Source: Actinomycetota bacterium
Lineage (GTDB): Bacteria; Actinomycetota; UBA4738; JACQTL01
Direction of reading: 5' to 3'
Length of the DNA stretch: 64,000 bases
Assembly (NCBI GenBank): GCA_045805265.1
Contig: JBJMLO010000008.1
Location: forward strand, 128,846 to 192,845
Under the pieces are notes generated by a model. The model was not told where the DNA came from. It worked only from the letters and a program-made list of their open reading frames with translations, and did no database searches. The stretch's first letter is position 1. Every line of letters starts with the position of its first letter. This document shows, piece after piece, positions 8,147 through 15,540 of this stretch. A program made the position numbers and the translations under genes.

Positions 8147-9457
8147 TCAGCGATACGTGCTGGGAAGGATCCGGAGGCGGCTGCGGTACTTGGCGACCGT
8201 CCGTCTCGCGACGCGGTGACCGGCTCGGCGGAGCCGCTCGGACAGCTCCGCGTCGCTGAGGGGCCGGTCCTCCGCGGCGATGATGTCCCGAAGGCGGGCG
8301 CGCATCCCGAGCGAGCCGTCGAAGAACGCGCCGAAGGGGACAACGCGGCGCGACGGCAGGAGGACGTACTTCTCGGCAGTCGCGCGGCTCACCGTGGATG
8401 GACTGAGACCGAGTTCCCCCGCGACATCGGCGCGGGTCAGGCGCAGGTCGGTGGCCGGATCGCCGGACATCAGGTCCGGCCGCCGGTCCGCAAGGTGCTC
8501 GGTGATCCTCCGCATCGTCGACCAGCGCTCCCGGAGCCGGGCCAGCAGGAAGTCGCCCCTCCTGACCAGCTCGCACATCTTCCGGTCGCTGCGGGCGACG
8601 CCGCGGAACGCCGGGTCCACGCGGAGGGGGAGACGTCGCTCCTCGAGGACCTCGACTTGAAACGTCCCCGGCCGGTCGGCGCGGCCCAGGACCGCGACGT
8701 CCGGCTGGACCGGCGGGGCCGTCACGCCGGCTCCCGATTCGTCGTCCACGTCGGGACGCGGGAGGAGCTCCCGCCGGATGTACTCGCGGGCGTCCGCGAC
8801 GTCGGCAACGGACACGCCGAGCAGCCGCGCGATGGAGGCCGTGGCTCCCCGGGCGAGCGACTCGAGGTGATCGGCGACGACCGCGCGGGCGACGGGATGG
8901 AAGTTGCCTTCGCCGGCCAGCCGATCGATCTGCAGCAGGAGGCAGTCTCGGAGGTCCCTCGCGGCCACGCCCACGGGACCGGTCTCCCGCAGGGTCCGGA
9001 CGACGCGCTCGACGGACGCCGGGTCTGCGCCGGCGATGCGCGCCAGCTCCTGGATCCCTTCCCTGAGGTATCCCCTGTCGTCCAGGCTGGCGACGACGGC
9101 GGCGGCGATCCCGGCGTCCCGCGCCGGCAGCACGAGCATGAGCTCCCGGAGCAGCCGCTCGGCGAACGATTCCGTCGAGACGGCCGCCGGCCCGGTCGGG
9201 GGGTCGTCCGGGTCGCGGAGACTCGCCCGGGAGGGCCGGCTCGTGCAGTAGATGCAGGGTGGGTCGGCGGGGAGTCCGCAGCCGCCGCACACGTGCACCT
9301 CGTCCTCGACCAGCGCGGGGTTCTCGGAGAGCTCGCGGGCCACGGTCTGTTCCAGCTCGATCCCCGAGAGGGCCAGGAGGCTCGCGTAGGCGACGAGCGC
9401 GGGCGAGGGAGACATCCGGAGCTCCTGCGTCACGTCGAGCGCGACCGTGAGCGACAC
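8147..9457 (-). CDS. rpoN: RNA polymerase sigma-54 factor
   Basis: RpoN box ARRTVAKYR; ELSENPAL; SLDDRGYL; GVAARDLRDCLLLQ; HTH ADVAGELGLSPSTVSRA; PLSDAEL. GTG 9457 with AGGAGGG RBS. Confidence 0.93.
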   Translation of the reverse strand: MSLTVALDVTQELRMSPSPALVAYASLLALSGIELEQTVARELSENPALVEDEVHVCGGCGLPADPPCIYCTSRPSRASLRDPDDPPTGPAAVSTESFAERLLRELMLVLPARDAGIAAAVVASLDDRGYLREGIQELARIAGADPASVERVVRTLRETGPVGVAARDLRDCLLLQIDRLAGEGNFHPVARAVVADHLESLARGATASIARLLGVSVADVADAREYIRRELLPRPDVDDESGAGVTAPPVQPDVAVLGRADRPGTFQVEVLEERRLPLRVDPAFRGVARSDRKMCELVRRGDFLLARLRERWSTMRRITEHLADRRPDLMSGDPATDLRLTRADVAGELGLSPSTVSRATAEKYVLLPSRRVVPFGAFFDGSLGMRARLRDIIAAEDRPLSDAELSERLRRAGHRVARRTVAKYRSRLRILPSTYR

Positions 9458-9504
9458 CGAATCCCTCCTGTCCGACGAGAGTGTGTCCCTCAACCCACGG
9501 TCAG

Positions 9505-9521
9505 TGCAAGGTCCGTGCCAA
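9505..9521 (-). promoter_or_regulatory. Sigma-54 (-24/-12) promoter upstream of rpoN itself
   Basis: Minus strand TTGGCACGGACCTTGCA matches the consensus TGGCACG-N4-TTGC(A/T), 48 nt upstream of the rpoN start. Confidence 0.88.
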
Positions 9522-9607
9522 CCCCCGGCGGCGTCTCGGCGCTCAGCTCTCGACTTCCCCCTGGACCCGCCGGTATCCTCGGCCGGGTCTCGGATGGAGG
9601 GGAATGA

Positions 9608-10924
9608 ATGACGCTTCGTCGCATGGTCCGGTTGGCGCTCCCGGCGATGGTGGGGAGTGCGCTCGTGCTGGGGGGTGGACTGCGGGCCTGGGCGGCCTCC
9701 GGCGACCTCGACGGCAGCTTCGGGGGTGGTGACGGGATCGCGACGCAGGACTTCGGCGGCGCAAGTGCCTCCCACGGCCATGCGGCCCTGCTGCAGCCCG
9801 ACGGCAAGATCGTCGCGGCCGGGTCGACGGTGCTGCCCTCCCGTTTCGACGCCGACTTCGGCGTCGCCAGGTTCCTGTCCAACGGAGACCCGGATCCCGC
9901 CTTCGGGACGGGCGGCGCCGTCTCGACCAACTTCCTGGGGGGGCACGATGTCGCCCGCGCGATCCTCCGGCAGAGCGACGGGAAGCTCGTGGTGGTCGGC
10001 GACGCGTGCGAGCTCGACGACTCGAGCGCCTGCGGGTTCGCTGTCGTGCGGTACCTGCCCTCCGGGAAGCGGGACCTGTCCTTCAGCGGCGATGGCCGAG
10101 AGCGCATCGAGTTCCCTGGGTACGACGACCTCACCGGCTTCAACGGCGCGCTGATGTCCGGCGGAAAGATCCTGATCGTCGGCGACGGGAACAAGACCGC
10201 CGACGGCCAGTCCGACATGGTGCTCGCCCGGCTGAACGGGAACGGCTCGCTCGACACGACGTTCAGCGGAGACGGGCGGCAGACCCTCGACCCGTCGCAC
10301 GGCGGCGACGACGGCATGTCCGGCGTTGCGATCCAGAGCGACGGCAAGATCGTGGGGTCCGGGTGGGCCTACAACGGCAGCGACGGCCGGTGGTGCGTGG
10401 TCCGCCTCAAGCCGAACGGCACCCTCGACACCACCTTCAGCGGCGACGGCGTCGTGATCAAGAACGTGGTGCCTGGCCAGGACGACTACTCCAACGACCT
10501 CATCGTGTTGCCCTCGTCGCGCATCCTGGCGATCGGCCGGGCGGTGAACGCGGTGGGGGTCTCCACCGGGGGCGACGTCGTCCTCCTCCGGCTGACGTCC
10601 GGGGGCGTCCCGGACACGTCGTTCGGCGCCGGCGGCCTGCGGAAGGCAGACTTCGGGGGCGACGAGGAGCCCGTCAGCGTCGCCCGCGACAGCACCGGGC
10701 GGATCGTGATGTCCGGCCGGGTCGGGAACGGCACGGGGTTCGGCGTGTTCCGGTTCACGGCGGCCGGAGCTCCCGACACCACCTTCGCCGGCGACGGACT
10801 GGCCGTGGAGGGCGGCGGCGCGCTGGCCGCCGGCATCGCGGTCCAGGGGAACGACCGTCCGGTGGCGGTGGGCAGCACGTCCCAGGGTCCGGGCGATCTC
10901 GAGGTCGCCAGGTTCCTGGCCTGA
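9608..10924 (+). CDS. Secreted delta-60-repeat (beta-propeller) protein
   Basis: Signal peptide, then repeated LQPDGKIVAAG / RLxxNGSLDTTFSGDG units. Confidence 0.85.
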   Translation: MTLRRMVRLALPAMVGSALVLGGGLRAWAASGDLDGSFGGGDGIATQDFGGASASHGHAALLQPDGKIVAAGSTVLPSRFDADFGVARFLSNGDPDPAFGTGGAVSTNFLGGHDVARAILRQSDGKLVVVGDACELDDSSACGFAVVRYLPSGKRDLSFSGDGRERIEFPGYDDLTGFNGALMSGGKILIVGDGNKTADGQSDMVLARLNGNGSLDTTFSGDGRQTLDPSHGGDDGMSGVAIQSDGKIVGSGWAYNGSDGRWCVVRLKPNGTLDTTFSGDGVVIKNVVPGQDDYSNDLIVLPSSRILAIGRAVNAVGVSTGGDVVLLRLTSGGVPDTSFGAGGLRKADFGGDEEPVSVARDSTGRIVMSGRVGNGTGFGVFRFTAAGAPDTTFAGDGLAVEGGGALAAGIAVQGNDRPVAVGSTSQGPGDLEVARFLA

Positions 10925-10985
10925 GCCCGGTCCGCTCCCGCCGGCGGCACCGCTGGCCGGACGGGAGCGGAACCTCAGTCGCGGG

Positions 10986-11288
10986 CTACCCGGGGAGGAT
11001 CTGGTCGTAGATCTCGTAATGGCCGATCGTCTGCTGGGGCTGGCCCTGGGAGACGGCCGCGCGCATCTCCGCCGTCGAGGCCTCGTAGGCCTGAATGTTT
11101 TCCATCGTGTCCCAGAACGTGAGGCCCACGAACAGCCCGGTGCTCCGGTCCGCCATCCAGTAGCCGCCGCGAAACCCCGCGCTGGACTTCAGCATCGGGC
11201 CGACGGTCGACGCCGCCTGCTTCGCGGCCGCCTCCAGCTGGTCGATCACGTCGAGTTGCCACTGGGTCCAGGTAATCCTCGCGTTCAC
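10986..11288 (-). CDS. Small dimeric alpha+beta barrel (ABM-like) protein
   Basis: GTG 11288 with AAGGAG RBS. AGFRGGYWMADRSTG..GLTFWDT pattern. Confidence 0.65.
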   Translation of the reverse strand: MNARITWTQWQLDVIDQLEAAAKQAASTVGPMLKSSAGFRGGYWMADRSTGLFVGLTFWDTMENIQAYEASTAEMRAAVSQGQPQQTIGHYEIYDQILPG

Positions 11289-11472
11289 GGTGCGCTCCTT
11301 CCTCCGGCTCCCGCCGGCGCCGCCTGGTCGAGGGCCCGACCCTCGCGGCCGGGCACGATCGGGGATCATCCGGAACCGGCGGCCGTTGGTCAACCCGCCG
11401 GGGCCGCGACCCGCCGGGTCAAGTTCGGCCCGCCACCGGGCCGATGGTGGTTCGGTGGATAGTGTGCGGCAC

Positions 11473-12465
11473 ATGCGACGCCCGCTTCGCCACGCGGCAC
11501 TCCGGCTCCGGCTCGCGGCCGCCGTGGCGTGCATGGCCGTCGCGTTCCCGGTCGCTGCCGGCGAGCCGGTCGCGGCCGCGGCGGGGCGGCACGCGGTCCC
11601 GGGAACGAGCTGCTCGGTGTTCCCGGCCGACAACGTCTGGAACACCGACATCTCGAAGCTGCCCGTCAACCCGCTGTCGGGCGTCTGGAAGAAGACGATG
11701 CACGCGTCGTCGACCGACCTGCACCCGGACTTCGGTCCGCCCGGCTACGGCATGCCGTTCGTCGTCGTCGACGGCGACACGCCGACGCACCGGATCAAGT
11801 TCCAGTACGCCGGTGAGAGCGACGACGTCCCCTACCCGTTCGGCCCGAAGACGCCCATCGAGGGCGGGCAGAGCTCGGGCGGGGACCGCCACGCCCTGAT
11901 TGTCGACAAGGACACGTGCACGCTCTACGAGCTGTACCGGGCGTACTGGAACGGCGGCCACCCCAAGGCCGGGAGCGGCGCGGCGTTCGATCTCGGCGCC
12001 AACCATCTCCGGCCGGACGGGTGGACCTCCGCGGACGCGGCCGGCCTCCCCATCTTCCCCGGCCTGGTCCGGTTCGACGAGGTCCGGGCCGGATTCATCG
12101 GCCACGCGATCCGGTTCACCGCGGACCTCACCCGCGACTCGCACCTGTGGCCGGCGCGTCACGACGCCAGCGATCTCACGGCTCCCCGCTACCCGCCCCT
12201 GGGCGCGCGGTTCCGTCTGAAGGCGAGCTTCAGCCTCGCGGGGTTCAGCCGGAACGCGAGGGTGATCCTGCGCGCCATGAAGCACTACGGGCTGATCCTC
12301 GCCGACAACGGCTCCGACTGGTACTTCCAGGGAACTCGCGACTCCCGGTGGACCAACACCCTGCTCGACCAGCTCAAGCGGGTCCCCGCGGCGGCCTTCG
12401 TGGCCGTGGACGAGTCCGCGTGCAAGGTGGCCAACGACTCCGCCACGGCAAACTGCCCGAGCTGA
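11473..12465 (+). CDS. Secreted hypothetical protein
   Basis: Signal-peptide-like N-terminus; FPADNVWNTDIS, GGDRHAL, WTSADAAGLPI, IGHAIRFT, MKHYGLILADNGS. Confidence 0.75.
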   Translation: MRRPLRHAALRLRLAAAVACMAVAFPVAAGEPVAAAAGRHAVPGTSCSVFPADNVWNTDISKLPVNPLSGVWKKTMHASSTDLHPDFGPPGYGMPFVVVDGDTPTHRIKFQYAGESDDVPYPFGPKTPIEGGQSSGGDRHALIVDKDTCTLYELYRAYWNGGHPKAGSGAAFDLGANHLRPDGWTSADAAGLPIFPGLVRFDEVRAGFIGHAIRFTADLTRDSHLWPARHDASDLTAPRYPPLGARFRLKASFSLAGFSRNARVILRAMKHYGLILADNGSDWYFQGTRDSRWTNTLLDQLKRVPAAAFVAVDESACKVANDSATANCPS

Positions 12466-12494
12466 ACCCGTCCGTCCCGGTGAACGGCCTCAGT

Positions 12495-12524
12495 TTGACA
12501 TGTGACCAACAGGTCACCTATTCT
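12495..12524 (+). promoter_or_regulatory. Housekeeping-sigma promoter with an embedded palindromic operator; probably a leaderless transcript
   Basis: TTGACA (12495-12500), 18-nt spacer, TATTCT (12519-12524). The inverted repeat GTGACC-N4-GGTCAC (12502-12517) lies in the spacer; ATG follows 6 nt after the -10. Confidence 0.75.
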
Positions 12525-12530
12525 CCCGGC

Positions 12531-12854
12531 ATGACCGACGATGACCGCGTGTTCCGGGCGCTGGCGGACCCGACGCGGCGTTTCCTGCTCGACCGCCTCT
12601 ACGAGCGCGACGGCCGCACGCTCACGGAGCTCGAGTCCGAGCTGGAGATGTCCCGCTTCGGCGCCATGAAGCACCTGCGCGTCCTGGAGGACGCGGGCCT
12701 CGTCGTCACCCGCAGGTCGGGCCGGGAGAAGCTGCACTTCCTGAACCCCGTGCCGATCCGACTGATCCACGACCGGTGGATCGACAAGTATCGGGAGCGC
12801 CAGGTCTCGGCGCTGGCAGAGCTCAAGAGCGAGCTCGAGAAGGAGACGGGATGA
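12531..12854 (+). CDS. ArsR/SmtB family transcriptional regulator
   Basis: VFRALADPTRR..MSRFGAMKHLRVLEDAGLV..GREKLHFLNP. Confidence 0.9.
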   Translation: MTDDDRVFRALADPTRRFLLDRLYERDGRTLTELESELEMSRFGAMKHLRVLEDAGLVVTRRSGREKLHFLNPVPIRLIHDRWIDKYRERQVSALAELKSELEKETG

Positions 12855-13369
12855 CGACCATGACCGAAACGAAGACCACCCAGGTCTACCGGGTGTACAT
12901 CAAGGCGACGCCCCAGGCCATCTGGGACGCCATCACGAAGCCCGAGTGGACCGAGCGGTACGGGTTCGGCGGGCGGGTGGAGTACGAGCTGCGCCCCGGC
13001 GGCTCGTACCGCGTGCCCACGACCGAGGCCATGAAGGAGGCGGGAATCCGGATGGGGTTCGCGACTCCGGAGGTGATGGTCGACGGCGAGGTGATCGAGG
13101 CCGATCCGCCGCGCCGGCTCGTCCAGACCTGGCGGATGCTCATGGACCGGGAGACCGAGGCGGAGGGATTCACCCGCCTGACATATGAGATCGAGGAGAG
13201 CGGGGCCGGCGTGAGCAAGCTCACGCTCATCCACGAGCTCGAAGGCGCCCCGAAGGTGGCCGCCCTGTCGGCCGGCGAGCGCGAGGCCGAGGGGGCCGGC
13301 GGCGGTTGGGCGTGGGTCCTCAGCGACCTGAAGACCCTGCTCGAGACGGGCGAGCGGCTGCAGGGCTGA
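12851..13369 (+). CDS. SRPBCC (AHA1-like) domain protein
   Basis: YIKATPQAIWDAIT..GEVIEADPPRRLVQTW..GWAWVLSDLKTLLE; ATGA overlap with arsR. Confidence 0.88.
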   Translation: MTTMTETKTTQVYRVYIKATPQAIWDAITKPEWTERYGFGGRVEYELRPGGSYRVPTTEAMKEAGIRMGFATPEVMVDGEVIEADPPRRLVQTWRMLMDRETEAEGFTRLTYEIEESGAGVSKLTLIHELEGAPKVAALSAGEREAEGAGGGWAWVLSDLKTLLETGERLQG

Positions 13370-13429
13370 GCCCCGACCAACTCGTCGATCTACAGGTTCG
13401 AACGCCACGGCCCACGGGGCCGGATCGAC

Positions 13430-13466
13430 ACGGCGGAGACCCCAGCGCGGGCGGGGTCTCCGCCGT
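13430..13466. terminator. Hairpin, probably a bidirectional terminator between convergent genes
   Basis: Inverted repeat ACGGCGGAGACCCC ... GGGGTCTCCGCCGT. Confidence 0.7.
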
Positions 13467-13491
13467 TTCGATCAGCGCCTGGTAGGCCCGA

Positions 13492-14376
13492 TCAGATCCG
13501 GTCCCACTGGATCATGACGAGGCTGGGATTGTCGGACGAGACCTTCACGGGGACGTTCGCCCCGGTGACGAGCTTCGGGGCGTCGTCGGCGGGGACGACC
13601 GCCGCACTCGTCTCCTGGTAGGGCGCCTTCCCCGGGACGTTCACGGCCATCTGCACGGAGAACAGCTTGCTGGCGCCGATGGCCACACCCATGTCCTGGG
13701 CCTGCAGGATGGTCCCCGTCCCGTCGAGGCCAGTGGCGGCGAGCTGCGCCCGCAGCTGGTCGACGTTCCCCTGGCTCGCGACGTTCACGCTGGTGGTCAC
13801 CACCGCCGGCGTGACCATGACGCCGCCGGGCATCACGCCGCCCTGCATCGGCATCGCCGCTCCCGGCATGGCTCCCCCCCACTGCCCGATGCCACCGGTC
13901 ACCTGGGCGCCGCCGTCCCAGTCGATGACCACCTTGCCGGGGTCCTGCTGGTCCACCTTCACCGGCAGGGTCCGCCCCACCGACAGCGAGCCCAGCAGCA
14001 TCAGCGGGATGAACTGCTTGACCTCGATCGGGTAGGGGTTCCGGCCGGGGACGGCCACCATGAGGTTCAACCCGATCTGCGGGTTGTTGTTGAGGTACAT
14101 ACCGGTCTGGGTCATGCCGGTGATCTGGGCCGTCCCCGCCAGGCCGGTCTGGTCGATGCGGTCGGCCTCCGCGGCCTTCTTCCGCGAACCGATCCCGAAC
14201 ACCAGCAGGACGATCCCCACGATGCCGAGGATCACCCCGGTCATGGTGAGCCCGGCGATGCCCGACGACAACCCGAAGACGAAGAAGCCGGCCGACAGCA
14301 CCAATTCGAAGATCGCGGTGCCGATCAGCCAGCCACCCGTGTACTTACCGAACGTGGACGACGTGAACGTAGCCAC
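13492..14376 (-). CDS. Membrane protein with two TM helices and a duplicated beta-barrel-like domain
   Basis: GTG 14376 with GGAGGAGG RBS. Two hydrophobic helices, then two similar domains (TGLxGTxxI..VPGxxPY..PVKV..W). Confidence 0.75.
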   Translation of the reverse strand: MATFTSSTFGKYTGGWLIGTAIFELVLSAGFFVFGLSSGIAGLTMTGVILGIVGIVLLVFGIGSRKKAAEADRIDQTGLAGTAQITGMTQTGMYLNNNPQIGLNLMVAVPGRNPYPIEVKQFIPLMLLGSLSVGRTLPVKVDQQDPGKVVIDWDGGAQVTGGIGQWGGAMPGAAMPMQGGVMPGGVMVTPAVVTTSVNVASQGNVDQLRAQLAATGLDGTGTILQAQDMGVAIGASKLFSVQMAVNVPGKAPYQETSAAVVPADDAPKLVTGANVPVKVSSDNPSLVMIQWDRI

Positions 14377-14452
14377 GGTGCCTCCTCCTCCCGCCCTGCA
14401 GTCGGCGCGGACGTTAGCAGTCGGAGCCCGGCCGAGGAACCCCCCAGATGTC

Positions 14453-15418
14453 CTACGACGCGAGGCGACCCCGCCCGCCCTGGGCGAGCTCTCGCTCCGC
14501 GCCATGAGGCGGCGTGGGGTCCAGGAAGAAGTGCGTCACGGACGGCACGGCCTCGCGCACGTCGTGGTCGATGCGGTCGGCCATCTGCTCGACCTGGTCC
14601 GTGTTCATCCCGTCGCCGAGGTCGACCCGAGCGGCGACCATCAGCGACTCGGGCCCGAGCGCCATCGTGAGGAGCTCGATGACCCGCTCGACCCCCTCGT
14701 GGTCCTCGATGGCCCTCCGGATCTTCTCCCGGTCCTCCCCCCGGGCGGCCTCGCCCAACAGCAGGCCCTTGGTGTTCCTCCCGAGACGGAACGCGATGTA
14801 CGCCAGCAGGCAGCCGATGAGCAGCGAGGCGATCGGGTCGAACGCGTGGATGCCGGTGACCTGGGACAGGCCGACGCCCAGGAACGCGATCGCGATGCCG
14901 GCCAGCGCGCCCGAGTCCTCCAGCAGGACGGTCTTCACGGTGGGGTCCTTGCTCTCCCGGACGAACTCCCGGAACCCCATCCCCTGCTCGCGGGCCTGCG
15001 ACCGCGTCTGGCGGTACGCCCGGAGCCACGACGTGGCCTCGGCGAGGGCCGCGACCACCAGCACCGCGTAGGCCGCGAGGTAGCCGGCCGAGTCCTCCCT
15101 GCCGCCCGCGATCAGCCCGGCGATGCCCTGGAGGAACGAGAACCCCGCGCCCAGGATGAAGATCCCCATGGCCGCGATGAACGCCCAGAAGAACCGTTCC
15201 TTGCCGTAGCCGAAGGGGTGCTCCTCGTCGGCCGGACGATCCCCCATCTTCAACGAGACCAGCAGGAACACCTGGTCCGCGGTGTCGGCGAAGGAGTGCG
15301 CGCCCTCGGCGAGGATCGCGGCCGACCCCGAGATCGCGCCGGCCACGAACTTCGACAGCGCGATCAGCAGGTTGGCCCCCGCCGCCACGAGGACCGTCTT
15401 CTTGCTCTCCGAGGCCAT
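14453..15418 (-). CDS. Cation diffusion facilitator family transporter
   Basis: AEGAHSFAD, HPFGYGKERFF, VLLEDS, and a C-terminal dimerisation domain. Confidence 0.9.
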   Translation of the reverse strand: MASESKKTVLVAAGANLLIALSKFVAGAISGSAAILAEGAHSFADTADQVFLLVSLKMGDRPADEEHPFGYGKERFFWAFIAAMGIFILGAGFSFLQGIAGLIAGGREDSAGYLAAYAVLVVAALAEATSWLRAYRQTRSQAREQGMGFREFVRESKDPTVKTVLLEDSGALAGIAIAFLGVGLSQVTGIHAFDPIASLLIGCLLAYIAFRLGRNTKGLLLGEAARGEDREKIRRAIEDHEGVERVIELLTMALGPESLMVAARVDLGDGMNTDQVEQMADRIDHDVREAVPSVTHFFLDPTPPHGAERELAQGGRGRLAS

Positions 15419-15540
15419 GGTCCTCCGAAGGGCCGGACGGCCGCGCCCGCGGTGAACACGGCCTGGAGTCCATGTACCCGCCGGGTGGCGGCCCGACACG
15501 ACGACGCTCGCCCGGCGCGCGCCCGCGCCGGGCGGGGGCG

